Part shown: positions 1-9,051 of the stretch, piece after piece
Layout of the letters: every line of letters starts with the position of its first letter
How positions within the stretch are numbered: the first letter of the stretch is position 1
DNA from: Hyphomicrobiales bacterium
GTDB taxonomy: Bacteria > Pseudomonadota > Alphaproteobacteria > Rickettsiales > JACKKO01
DNA: 64,000 nt
Direction of reading: 5' to 3'
Assembly: GCA_024236395.1 (NCBI GenBank)
Contig: JACKKO010000001.1
Location: forward strand, 576,937 to 640,936
The notes under the pieces: generated by a model
What the model saw: the letters and a program-made list of their open reading frames with translations, nothing else
Told to the model about the DNA's origin: nothing
Databases searched by the model: none
Position numbers and translations under genes: made by a program

Positions 1-1
1 T

Positions 2-1561
2 AGCGGCGATGACACGTTAGAGGGTCATGCCGGTAATGATGTGCTTTATGGCGGCAGCGGCAACGACAGTGTGAATGGCGGCAGCGGAAACGATTCCCTC
101 TGGGGTGGTTCCGGTAACGACACACTTGCCTCCGGGGATAATATATTGGCTGGAAAAGCAGGGAATGACATCTATTTCCACAATGGCAACGGCATCACTA
201 CAATTTCGGAATCCAGTGGCGCGGATACGGTAAAATTCACGGAATCCGAAGAATTTTATTTTGACAGGGTGGATGATGATTTGGTCATTCGTGATATTAA
301 CGACCACAACAGTGATATCTTCACAAACGATGTTGTAATTGCAGATTATTTTTCCAGTAGTAATTCTGTAGTCGAATACCTACAGGATAAATATGGCAAT
401 ACACTTGATATCAGCAACATCCAGATTGGGACATCCAGCAGTGAAACCATCACCGGGACGGGCCAATCCGATATCATCTTCGGGCGCGATGGCGATGATG
501 TCATTCATGCGCTGGCTGGGAACGATATCATCTTTGGTGAAGACGGGAATGACCATATTACTGGTGGTAACGACAGTGATTCAATCGTTGGCGGTGCCGG
601 GAATGATACGATTTACGGGGCTAATGGCAGTGGGGGCGACCCGGATGGCAGCGACACGATCTATGGCGGAACCGGCAATGACGTAATCCAGGCCCAGAAT
701 AGCGACGATACGATCTATGGTGATGATGGTGATGATACCCTCTCCGGTGCAGTGGGCCACGATGTCATCTTTGGCGGTGAAGGCAATGATCTGCTGAACG
801 GCGACCACGGGAATGACCACCTCGCCGCTGGGAACGGGGATGACACCGTTTATGGTGGTGAAGGCAACGATACCATCTATGGGGCCAATGGTACGGGTGG
901 AGAGACCGATGGCAATGATGAACTGCACGGAGGTGACGGAAACGATACCATCCAGGCACAGAATGGAAACGACTCCCTTTATGGCGATGATGGCGACGAT
1001 ACGCTTGCGGGTGCGGTGGGCCATGACGTGCTGGATGGTGGGGCAGGTAATGATGTCCTGAAGGGTGATTACGGCAATGACACACTCACTGGCGGTACGG
1101 GGGATGATGCCTTTACCTATAACAATGCCAATGAGTATGGCGATGTCATTATGGACTTTGAACAAAATGCGGATAATGACGCACTGGATTACAATATTGC
1201 TAATCTGGTGGCCAATAACGGTACGGCGGTGGATACGTCCGGGGCCACGGTCAATACGCTCAGTGGCTCGCAGACCGGCGGGACGCACGTCTATCTGGTA
1301 CAGACCACTGCATCAGGCAGTACGGCGGCCAATGCCGTCACGGCCATCAACAGTGCTGCCGATGGCACCTTTGCCGCCCAGAATGCGGCAGATGCCCTGC
1401 TCTTTGCCGTCTATGACGGGACGGATACCCATCTCTGGTTCGCGGATTTCTCCCTGAATACCAACAGCACGGCATTGGAATCCGGAGATTTCAGTCTGGT
1501 AGCCACACTCAGCGGTATTGACGTCACCAGCGGTGAACTGGTGGCCGGAGATTTCATGTGA
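2..1561 (+). CDS. RTX-family calcium-binding repeat protein (hemolysin-type GGxGxD nonapeptides), 5' end outside window
   Basis: The frame stays open back to nt 2 (SGDDTLEGHAGNDVLYGGSGND...), so the GTG at 41 in the ORF track is not the real start. Dozens of GGxGxDx[LIY] repeats are followed by a non-repeat C-terminal ~150 aa (GDVIMDFE...DALDY), as in type I secretion substrates. Confidence 0.85.
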   Translation, partial: SGDDTLEGHAGNDVLYGGSGNDSVNGGSGNDSLWGGSGNDTLASGDNILAGKAGNDIYFHNGNGITTISESSGADTVKFTESEEFYFDRVDDDLVIRDINDHNSDIFTNDVVIADYFSSSNSVVEYLQDKYGNTLDISNIQIGTSSSETITGTGQSDIIFGRDGDDVIHALAGNDIIFGEDGNDHITGGNDSDSIVGGAGNDTIYGANGSGGDPDGSDTIYGGTGNDVIQAQNSDDTIYGDDGDDTLSGAVGHDVIFGGEGNDLLNGDHGNDHLAAGNGDDTVYGGEGNDTIYGANGTGGETDGNDELHGGDGNDTIQAQNGNDSLYGDDGDDTLAGAVGHDVLDGGAGNDVLKGDYGNDTLTGGTGDDAFTYNNANEYGDVIMDFEQNADNDALDYNIANLVANNGTAVDTSGATVNTLSGSQTGGTHVYLVQTTASGSTAANAVTAINSAADGTFAAQNAADALLFAVYDGTDTHLWFADFSLNTNSTALESGDFSLVATLSGIDVTSGELVAGDFM

Positions 1562-1645
1562 TGTAATGTGGCACATGTATGTGCCTATGTGGTGCCTGCA
1601 TAAAATCGTAGAAACAGGCAAATGCCAATAACCTATTGAGGAATA

Positions 1646-1721
1646 TGGTGGAGCCAAGCGGGATCGAACCGCTGACCTCCTGCTTGCAAAGCAGGCGCTC
1701 TCCCAGCTGAGCTATGGCCCC
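1646..1721 (-). tRNA. tRNA-Ala (anticodon UGC)
   Basis: Minus-strand cloverleaf read by eye: acceptor GGGGCCA/TGGCTCC with a G3:U70 pair, anticodon loop CTTTGCAAG, T-arm GGTTCGATCC, and an encoded CCA. Confidence 0.9.
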
Positions 1722-1935
1722 ACAAAAAGAATCCGGGAAATGGGGGAGATACCTACCACCCACCCGGCGGCGCGCATCTTACTGAAGCAACACAGGAATG
1801 TCAAACGACATTGTAAGACGCAACCCACGGGAAAATAACGGTTTGCTTGACATCCCCCCCAAAAAGCGCCATAACCATGCCACCCGAAAGGGTGGATAGG
1901 AATTTTCAACCCAACGATAACGAACAGGCATCATC

Positions 1936-2547
1936 ATGACATTGCCCTTAATGCCCAAGGCAACGGCCGTCTGGCTGGTAGAAAACACCGCACTGACCTT
2001 TGATCAGATTGCACAATTCTGTGGAATGCACCCGCTGGAAGTGCAGGGGATTGCCGATGGCGAGGTGGCGGTGGGGATCATCGGGCAGGATCCGATCACC
2101 AGTGGCCTGCTCGCGAAGGAAAACCTGGAAGCCGCCGAGAAAGACGCTTCCGTCAAGCTGAAACTGCGTGAAAGCGTCCAGGAATATATTATCACCCAGC
2201 AGAAACAGAAAAAGCGCTATACCCCGGTGGCACGCCGTCAGGATAAGCCCGATGCGGTGGCCTGGCTGATCAAGCATCACCCGGAGCTCACCGATGCGCA
2301 GATCGTCAAGCTGGTAGGGACCACCAAAAGTACGATCGCCGGTATCCGTGACCGCTCGCACTGGAATATGCAGAATATTCGCCCGCGTGACCCGGTGCTG
2401 TTGGGCCTGTGCCAGCAAACCGAGCTACAAATGGCTGTGGATAAAGCCCTGGCTGCCAAAGAGCGCGGTGAGAAAAAAGTGACCAAGGCCCAAAAAGCTG
2501 AAGCGAAGAATCAAAAGGAAGCGCCCGACGCGGCGGCTTCTGCCTAG
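1936..2547 (+). CDS. DUF1013-domain protein (alphaproteobacteria-specific family)
   Basis: The N-terminus MTLPLMPKATAVWLVENTALTFDQIAQFCGMHPLEVQGIADGEVA matches my memory of the conserved DUF1013 N-terminus. The C-terminal tail is Lys/Ala-rich. Confidence 0.75.
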   Translation: MTLPLMPKATAVWLVENTALTFDQIAQFCGMHPLEVQGIADGEVAVGIIGQDPITSGLLAKENLEAAEKDASVKLKLRESVQEYIITQQKQKKRYTPVARRQDKPDAVAWLIKHHPELTDAQIVKLVGTTKSTIAGIRDRSHWNMQNIRPRDPVLLGLCQQTELQMAVDKALAAKERGEKKVTKAQKAEAKNQKEAPDAAASA

Positions 2548-2558
2548 CGGTTGTCCCC

Positions 2559-4028
2559 ATGAATCCCCCGGACCGGGAGGCACTCTCCGCCACGATTGAA
2601 TCGCTGGCTGAGGGGCGCGTACTGTGCCTGGGTGACCTGATGCTCGATACGTTTGTCTATGGCAGTGTCGACCGGCTTTCGCCCGAAGCACCGGTGCCTG
2701 TGCTCAATGCCGCCTATGAAGAGCGGATGCTGGGCGGGGCAGGGAATGTTATCCGGAATATCGCCGCGCTGGGAGCCAAGGCCTGCCTGATTGCCGCCAT
2801 TGGGGATGACCCGACCGGCAAGGTACTCACCCGTGCGATTGCCGAGGAAGTCCAGGTGGAGCCGTATCTTATTACCGAGCGTGATCGGATTTCCACTGTC
2901 AAAACCCGCTATATCTCCGGCGCACAGCAGCTTCTGCGGGTGGATCAGGAAAAATCTGATCCGGTATCCGAGGTGACGGAAGAGCGTATTTTCAATGTGC
3001 TGGATAGCGTGATCCCTGAGGTGGATGTGGTGGTGCTTTCGGATTATGCCAAGGGCTTGCTGACGCTGCGTGTGGTATGTGGCGCGCTGGAACGTGCCAA
3101 ATCTTCCGGGAAGCCTACGGTAGTGGATCCAAAACACCGTGATCTTTCCCGTTATGCCGGGGCGACAGTGATTACGCCGAATCTGCGTGAACTAATGGAA
3201 GCAACCAGCCAGCGCCTGCAAAGCGATGAAGAGATTATTGATGCTGCGCGGGCACTGGCCAAACAGCACGATTTTGCCAATGTATTGGTCACCCGCAGCC
3301 GCCGTGGCATGACATTGGTGCCGCGGGAAGGCGAAGTCAGCCATTTTAACGCGGTCACGCAGGAGGTGTTTGATGTTTCCGGCGCAGGGGATACGGTGGT
3401 GGCCTGTGTGGCACTGGGAATTGCGGCCGGTTTGCCGCTGAAGGATGCCGCGTATATTGCCAATCTGGCGGCGGGAGTGGTGGTGACACGTATCGGCACA
3501 TCCGTGGTGCACCGTACTGATCTGAAAACGGCACTCCTGACGCATGATATGCTTTCCAGCACGCGCAAAATCCTGCCGGAAAATGTAGCGCTGACGCACA
3601 TTCGCCGCTGGCGGGAACAGGGGCAGAAAATTGGCTTTACCAACGGGTGTTTTGATTTGATCCACCCCGGTCATGTGTCGCTGATGGAGCAGGCAAAGGC
3701 GGCCTGTGACCGGTTGGTGGTAGGGCTTAACAGTGATGATTCGGTACGCCGCCTGAAGGGTAGTACCCGTCCGGTACAGTCGGAGATGGCACGGGCGATG
3801 GTGTTGGCTTCGCTGGAGCCGGTGGATGCAATTGTTATCTTCCGTGAAGATACCCCGGAAAAACTGATTGAGGCCGTGCGCCCGGATGTGCTGGTGAAGG
3901 GCGCAGATTACACAGTGGACGAAGTGGTGGGCGGAGCATTCGTACAGAGTTATGGTGGGCAGGTGGTACTGGCCAAACTTTCGGAAGGCATGAGTACCTC
4001 AAACCTGATTCGCCGTGCAAATAGCTAG
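2559..4028 (+). CDS. hldE: bifunctional D-beta-D-heptose 7-phosphate kinase / D-beta-D-heptose 1-phosphate adenylyltransferase
   Basis: 489 aa. The N-terminal part is a ribokinase-like domain (GGAGNV..., DVSGAGDTV). The C-terminal part is a cytidylyltransferase domain (GFTNGCFDLIHPGHVSLM). Confidence 0.92.
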   Translation: MNPPDREALSATIESLAEGRVLCLGDLMLDTFVYGSVDRLSPEAPVPVLNAAYEERMLGGAGNVIRNIAALGAKACLIAAIGDDPTGKVLTRAIAEEVQVEPYLITERDRISTVKTRYISGAQQLLRVDQEKSDPVSEVTEERIFNVLDSVIPEVDVVVLSDYAKGLLTLRVVCGALERAKSSGKPTVVDPKHRDLSRYAGATVITPNLRELMEATSQRLQSDEEIIDAARALAKQHDFANVLVTRSRRGMTLVPREGEVSHFNAVTQEVFDVSGAGDTVVACVALGIAAGLPLKDAAYIANLAAGVVVTRIGTSVVHRTDLKTALLTHDMLSSTRKILPENVALTHIRRWREQGQKIGFTNGCFDLIHPGHVSLMEQAKAACDRLVVGLNSDDSVRRLKGSTRPVQSEMARAMVLASLEPVDAIVIFREDTPEKLIEAVRPDVLVKGADYTVDEVVGGAFVQSYGGQVVLAKLSEGMSTSNLIRRANS

Positions 4029-4031
4029 CGC

Positions 4032-5135
4032 TTACCAGATTCCGCTATTATCCATATCCAACCCTGCTAACGGGCTGAAATGCCAGAGAGCGCTGCTATC
4101 TTCTGTGCTGTCCGTTGGTGATGGTGCGGGAGAGGTGGAGTCTTCCTCCAGTGGCATTCTGTCCTTGCAGATGCTGAGGTCACCGGCATGTTTGGTGAAG
4201 GAAACGGCACCTTCTGTATCCAGATAATCGCCGCTTTTGGGTGTGATATCATAGATACCTTTGAGATTTGCTTCCGGCATGACCATATAGACTTTGTAAT
4301 TGGTGGGGTCGATCATGCCATCCAACGGACGGTTGCCAATGAAGGGAATGAACCCTTCCTGCGCAGCCTTATAAATGAATTCCTGTTGGTGCGCTTCCTT
4401 GGTAGGGTAATCAATCGCTAACACAAATTTTCCTGCATCGGTGGCATTTTTCAGGTGTAGCAGATCATAATTTTTCCAGGTAGTCCGTTCGTCGTCCACG
4501 AACCATGTGTCTTCCTTTCCTATGCCGTCAATCGCATCAAGGTAACGTTCGTTAGGTACAGGCAGGCCTTCTTTGGGTAGTTCATCAGCGGTACTGAGCA
4601 GCCCTACGGCATTCTGTGGGATGATTTTGAATTCCGGGTTGATGGCTTTGGTATGTTCAGAAATACGCACAACAAAATCGATCATCTTCTCACGCAACTC
4701 GGCCTTATCGCCGGGATAGGCTTTAATAACCTGTTCCACCATGTAACCATCCACAATGTCCAGGTAGACACCTTCATACCCGGCTTTAACGATCTCTGTG
4801 AGCTTTTGTAATATTATTTCCTGCCAGTTCTTATCCCAGAATTTGACATTGAAATTGCCTTTCCAGTTGGGGTTCTCGCCCAGCAGGAACGGGGGAGGAG
4901 TTTGATCCCAGCCGCCATCCTGCCAGTAATCCCGGTAATTTTCCGCTTCACCGATGCTGAGATAGGCGAACAGTACCTTGCCCTGCGCTTTTAAGGCTTC
5001 CAGTTCGGCGCAGTTCATTTCCACATCGTCCATATCCACGACGGCAGCCTTGAATTCCGTACCGACGAGTGTGCCGAACGAGGCTTTCTGCAGCTGGTAA
5101 AGGTAGGGTAGTTCCTTGGTTTTTTCCGTGGGCAT
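4032..5135 (-). CDS. MJ1477/TM1410-family putative glycoside hydrolase (GH114-like)
   Basis: Motifs VVDMDD, KVLFAYLSIGEAENYRDYW and GYEGVYLDIVD resemble the TIM-barrel endo-alpha-1,4-polygalactosaminidase-like family. Assigned from memory of the family pattern only. Confidence 0.55.
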   Translation of the reverse strand: MPTEKTKELPYLYQLQKASFGTLVGTEFKAAVVDMDDVEMNCAELEALKAQGKVLFAYLSIGEAENYRDYWQDGGWDQTPPPFLLGENPNWKGNFNVKFWDKNWQEIILQKLTEIVKAGYEGVYLDIVDGYMVEQVIKAYPGDKAELREKMIDFVVRISEHTKAINPEFKIIPQNAVGLLSTADELPKEGLPVPNERYLDAIDGIGKEDTWFVDDERTTWKNYDLLHLKNATDAGKFVLAIDYPTKEAHQQEFIYKAAQEGFIPFIGNRPLDGMIDPTNYKVYMVMPEANLKGIYDITPKSGDYLDTEGAVSFTKHAGDLSICKDRMPLEEDSTSPAPSPTDSTEDSSALWHFSPLAGLDMDNSGIW

Positions 5136-5212
5136 AATGACGCAATACGATAATGTTACCGCGTCTATCTCTAGCGCATTTTGGGTTCCCGCGCCAGCGA
5201 AAGCTGAGGGGG

Positions 5213-6883
5213 TTAGCGGTTAAATTGGGGAGAAGCTTGTTGGCGGTTTTGTATGGAAGGGATTTTCTGATCCGACGAGCGTTGTGCTCCCGGCTGCTGT
5301 TCCAGACCAAATGTTCTAGCCTGTTTCTCAATGGCATTGAGTTGCTCGTTCAGTGCATCAAAGAAACTATTGGCCTCGTTTCCCCAGCCGGTGATCTGCA
5401 TGCGTTGCCTGAGGAATGTTTCATTTTCCCGGATCTCAGTCATGACGTTTTCGATCCGGGCATAGTGTTCCCGTGTCAGGTCCTTGCCAGAGTCCAGCAC
5501 CGTGCTTAGTTCCGTGCTCAGTGCATATAGGCGGGAGAAGGGACCATGGATATTATCGACCTGCTCCAGCGCCTTATTTCCAATGTCCTGAATTTTTTTG
5601 ATTTCTTCCGGGTTTGGCTGGCTATCGGCGCTGATAAAGGGAAGGTTCTGCAGGGAGTCTGCCACTTGTATGATGGAATTCTGGAACGCACTAGTTGAGG
5701 GGAGATTCGCCACCATTTCCGGAATGAGCTTCTGTTCACGCGGTATGTTCAATGTCTCGCTTCCCGTGGTCATTTCTGATGGAATGTCGGTCCGTATTGA
5801 TGGTGCGGTCACGCCATACTTTACAAGCAGTGATTCAACGTTCTCAAATGCATCCTTCAAAACGGTTTCCGGGCTGCCATTCTGGGAGGCAACATCTCCG
5901 GTGGGTGTGCCGAATTGCTGACGTAACGGGTGATTTGGCGTACCTGCAACCGTCATCAGGTCTTTTGCTTTTTGCGGAACTGTATTGGCCATTTCCTGTA
6001 TTTGCTGAGCCGTTTTCTCCGGGTTGTCATTTCCCGAAAGTGGGCCGGGTTTCAGGCTGGTATCCTCCCGCTTGGCAAGCGTGGGATGCCTCTGCATGGC
6101 TTCCTCAAGGATGGTGCTTAACGTGTTGACCGTATTCTGATTTCCTCGTGTAATACGTTCCCACCCTTCCTTGATGCTTTTCACATCTTCTGGCGTTAAT
6201 GTAGAAAGCGCTTCCTTATTATTCTGGTTGTTCAGGAAGATACGTAACTGCATGGGGTTGAGTCTGATGAGCGTGGTTACTAACTTTTGATTTCCGGGTG
6301 CATCATTGCCTGCGTGTTTTTTTCTCAGGTTTTCTGTTGATTGCCTATGCCGTATGGCCTGTTCACCGGTGGAAAGGGATGGTGTAGTTTCGGTATCGTT
6401 GGTCTGCTGCGGTGCGGGATGTGGTGCCGTTGCGGTAGCGGATTGCTGATTGCCAATACCACCAATCTGTTTTCCCACTTCCTGCAGGGCAGGGTCATTA
6501 GACTGGCTGAGAATGTTGCTTACTTCTTGATTGATCGCAGGATTTGTGGCTGCCCAGGCCATGACGCGTTGTACGTTTTGTGAAATCATATTAAGTGGCG
6601 CCACTCTCAGCTCAGGATTACGTTTATCTTCCGGTGTAGTATTTGGCTGGGCGCTTGCTGCAGACAGGACACCTGTTTCATCACTGGGCGGGAGGACATT
6701 GATCCCATTCCACGCATTGACAATGCTAGCCTTAACGGTGGATTGCAATGCCCGGATGTTGGTTGCCAGCTGTTCTTTTTGAGCAGGGGATAGCCTGGAT
6801 AGGTTTCCTTCCTCTGAGGTGGTGAGCGCTGTAATATACGCTTCAACGACCTCGTTTGCTTGTTTGGCACTTAAATTGCCCAT
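5213..6883 (-). CDS. hypothetical protein, Q/N/S/T/P-rich, 556 aa
   Basis: A long uninterrupted ORF with no competing ORF of similar length. I recognise no motif. Confidence 0.6.
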   Translation of the reverse strand: MGNLSAKQANEVVEAYITALTTSEEGNLSRLSPAQKEQLATNIRALQSTVKASIVNAWNGINVLPPSDETGVLSAASAQPNTTPEDKRNPELRVAPLNMISQNVQRVMAWAATNPAINQEVSNILSQSNDPALQEVGKQIGGIGNQQSATATAPHPAPQQTNDTETTPSLSTGEQAIRHRQSTENLRKKHAGNDAPGNQKLVTTLIRLNPMQLRIFLNNQNNKEALSTLTPEDVKSIKEGWERITRGNQNTVNTLSTILEEAMQRHPTLAKREDTSLKPGPLSGNDNPEKTAQQIQEMANTVPQKAKDLMTVAGTPNHPLRQQFGTPTGDVASQNGSPETVLKDAFENVESLLVKYGVTAPSIRTDIPSEMTTGSETLNIPREQKLIPEMVANLPSTSAFQNSIIQVADSLQNLPFISADSQPNPEEIKKIQDIGNKALEQVDNIHGPFSRLYALSTELSTVLDSGKDLTREHYARIENVMTEIRENETFLRQRMQITGWGNEANSFFDALNEQLNAIEKQARTFGLEQQPGAQRSSDQKIPSIQNRQQASPQFNR

Positions 6884-6994
6884 AATGATCTTTTTTCCTG
6901 CCTCTTATAGACTATTCTAAGCTCAAATGGTTAACGCGGCGTTAATAAAATGATGAAAAATGCACGGTTTTTGCCATTTTTCCGTTTTCGTGTT

Positions 6995-8512
6995 TCAGGC
7001 GACGGCTTTTTGCAGGGCGGGGAGGCGGTAACTGAGGGCTTCAGCGAGGTGGGTGCGGGTGATGGTTTGTGCGCCGGCAAGGTCGGCAATCGTCCGGGCG
7101 ACGCGCAACACGCGGTTATGGCCGCGCATGGAAAGGCCAAACTGATCCACTGCCTGTAGCAGCATGGCGCGGGCATCGTCTTCCGGGGTGGCGTGCTGAA
7201 TGAGTAAATCGCCCTCCAACGCACGGTTACAGCGGACGTTAGCGTCAGCATAGCGCGATTGCTGAATCTTCCGCGCTGCCAGCACCCGGGTGGCGATCGT
7301 TGCGCTGGATTCTTCCTTTTCCCCGGTGGCGATTTCCGCCGGAGAGAGCGCCGGGACTTCCACATGCAGGTCTATCCTATCGAGCAGGGGGCCGGAAAGC
7401 CGCGCCTGGTAATCCTCACCACAGCGCGGGGCTTTATTGCAGGCCCGTGCCGGGTCTCCCAGATAGCCGCAGCGGCAGGGGTTCATGGCCGCGACCAGCT
7501 GGAAATCCGCCGGGAAGGTGGTGTGTGATTGCACGCGGGCCACGGTAACGTTGCGGGTTTCCAGTGGTTGACGCAGGCTTTCCAGCACCTGGCGAGGGAA
7601 TTCCGGTAGTTCGTCCAGGAACAGCACCCCGCGATGCGCCAGCGTGACCTCGCCGGGCTTTACGCGTGTCCCGCCGCCGATCATCGCGGCCATGGAACAA
7701 TTATGGTGCGGGGCGCGGAAGGGGCGCTGCTGAGTCAGTTTGCCGCCTTCCAGTAGCCCGGCAACACTCTGCACCACGCTGATATCCAGAATTTCCTCCG
7801 CACCAAGTGGTGGCAGGATACCGGGCAGGCGCGATGCCAGCATGGATTTCCCACTACCGGGCGGCCCCACCATCAGCACGTTATGCCCACCCGCGGCGGC
7901 AATTTCCAGCGCACGCTTGGCGGTATGCTGGCCGCGAATATCGCTGAAATCCGGGTATTGTGGCGGTGCTTCCTCCAGTGCTGGCTTGGGGGTGGAAAGC
8001 AGTTGCGTACCTTTGAAGTGGTTAATCAGGCTCAGCAAATGCCGTGGCGCCAGGATTTCCAGTTCACCTGCCCAGGCCGCTTCCGGCCCGTTGGCATGGG
8101 GGCAGATGATGCCGCATTCCCGTGCCACGGCGGCCATCGCGGCCGGCAGGATGCCGCTGACCGGGGCAATGGCTCCATCCAGCGCCAATTCGCCGAGGAC
8201 GATCTGCTGCTCCACGGCATCGGCGGGAATCACCTGCATCTCCGCCAGCAAGCCGAGTGTGATGGGTAAGTCGTAATGGCTGCCTTCCTTGGGCATATCG
8301 GCGGGGGAGAGGTTGACGGTCACGCGTTTAGGCGGCAGGGAAAGCCCCATGGAACTGAGCGCCGAGCGAATACGCTCGCGGGATTCGACCACCGCCTTAT
8401 CCGCCATCCCCACAATGGCAAAGGCCGGCATCCCGGCGGCAATATGCACCTGTACGTCAATGTCGGAGGTTTCAATACCTGAAAAGGCTAAGGTTCTTAC
8501 ACGCGCAACCAT
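6995..8512 (-). CDS. yifB: YifB/ComM-family Mg-chelatase-like AAA ATPase
   Basis: Walker A GPPGSGKS, Walker B VLFLDELPEF, and a family-typical N-terminus MVARVRTLAFSGIE. The start is moved to the ATG at 8512. Confidence 0.9.
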   Translation of the reverse strand: MVARVRTLAFSGIETSDIDVQVHIAAGMPAFAIVGMADKAVVESRERIRSALSSMGLSLPPKRVTVNLSPADMPKEGSHYDLPITLGLLAEMQVIPADAVEQQIVLGELALDGAIAPVSGILPAAMAAVARECGIICPHANGPEAAWAGELEILAPRHLLSLINHFKGTQLLSTPKPALEEAPPQYPDFSDIRGQHTAKRALEIAAAGGHNVLMVGPPGSGKSMLASRLPGILPPLGAEEILDISVVQSVAGLLEGGKLTQQRPFRAPHHNCSMAAMIGGGTRVKPGEVTLAHRGVLFLDELPEFPRQVLESLRQPLETRNVTVARVQSHTTFPADFQLVAAMNPCRCGYLGDPARACNKAPRCGEDYQARLSGPLLDRIDLHVEVPALSPAEIATGEKEESSATIATRVLAARKIQQSRYADANVRCNRALEGDLLIQHATPEDDARAMLLQAVDQFGLSMRGHNRVLRVARTIADLAGAQTITRTHLAEALSYRLPALQKAVA

Positions 8513-8570
8513 GACGCGACTCCCCAATCAAAATAGCACGTGCCGACTATAGGGAAGAACCGGGGAAGAC

Positions 8571-8750
8571 TCAACTGCTAAGCCGCCGCGCCTCATCAGG
8601 TAACATGATAGGGATACCATCCCGTACGGGGTAGGCCAGCCCGGCTTTTTCGCTGATGAGTTCGCTTGCCTTGCGGTTATAGCGCAACGGACCCTTGGTG
8701 ACGGGGCAGACCAGAATTTCCAACAGTTGTGGGTCGGGATATTTTTTCAT
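8571..8750 (-). CDS. Trm112/UPF0434-family small protein
   Basis: 59-aa ORF, below the ORF-track cutoff: [59 protein letters not shown]. The LVCPxxKGxL...YPIxDGIPxML pattern is diagnostic. Confidence 0.75.
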   Translation of the reverse strand: MKKYPDPQLLEILVCPVTKGPLRYNRKASELISEKAGLAYPVRDGIPIMLPDEARRLSS

Positions 8751-8829
8751 GGAAGTATCATAGCGCGTGCAAAAGAGACTTGAAAAGAAAAAAACTTCGC
8801 CTATTATGCGCTTTCCTTAAGGCAAGTGA

Positions 8830-8904
8830 GCGGGTGTAGCTCAGGGGTAGAGCACAACCTTGCCAAGGTTGGGGTCGCGCGTTCGAATCGCGTCACCCGC
8901 TCCA
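8830..8904 (+). tRNA. tRNA-Gly (anticodon GCC)
   Basis: GCGGGTG acceptor, D-arm GCTCAGGGGTAGAGC, anticodon loop CTTGCCAAG, T-arm GCGCGTTCGAATCGCGT, CACCCGC-T-CCA. Confidence 0.92.
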
Positions 8905-9051
8905 AAAAAAGTCTCTGTTTTATTTCCTATTACTCTGTAACTATCTGATAAAATGCTTAATATTTTGTGTGCCGAAGGCCATACGTTATTATGGCTTACT
9001 AACTATTGTTAATAATTTATTAATGTCAATGTGTTAGTGTAGGGCGCAGGA

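Noticed and set aside
581-1457. Several 80-235-aa ORFs in other frames or on the opposite strand across the RTX gene (581-1288, 765-1085, 813-1061, 1065-1457).
   Set aside because: They are by-products of the repetitive G+C-rich GGxGxD codons. They have no ribosome-binding sites and biased compositions (H/R/M-rich), and they are fully nested in a clearly coding frame.
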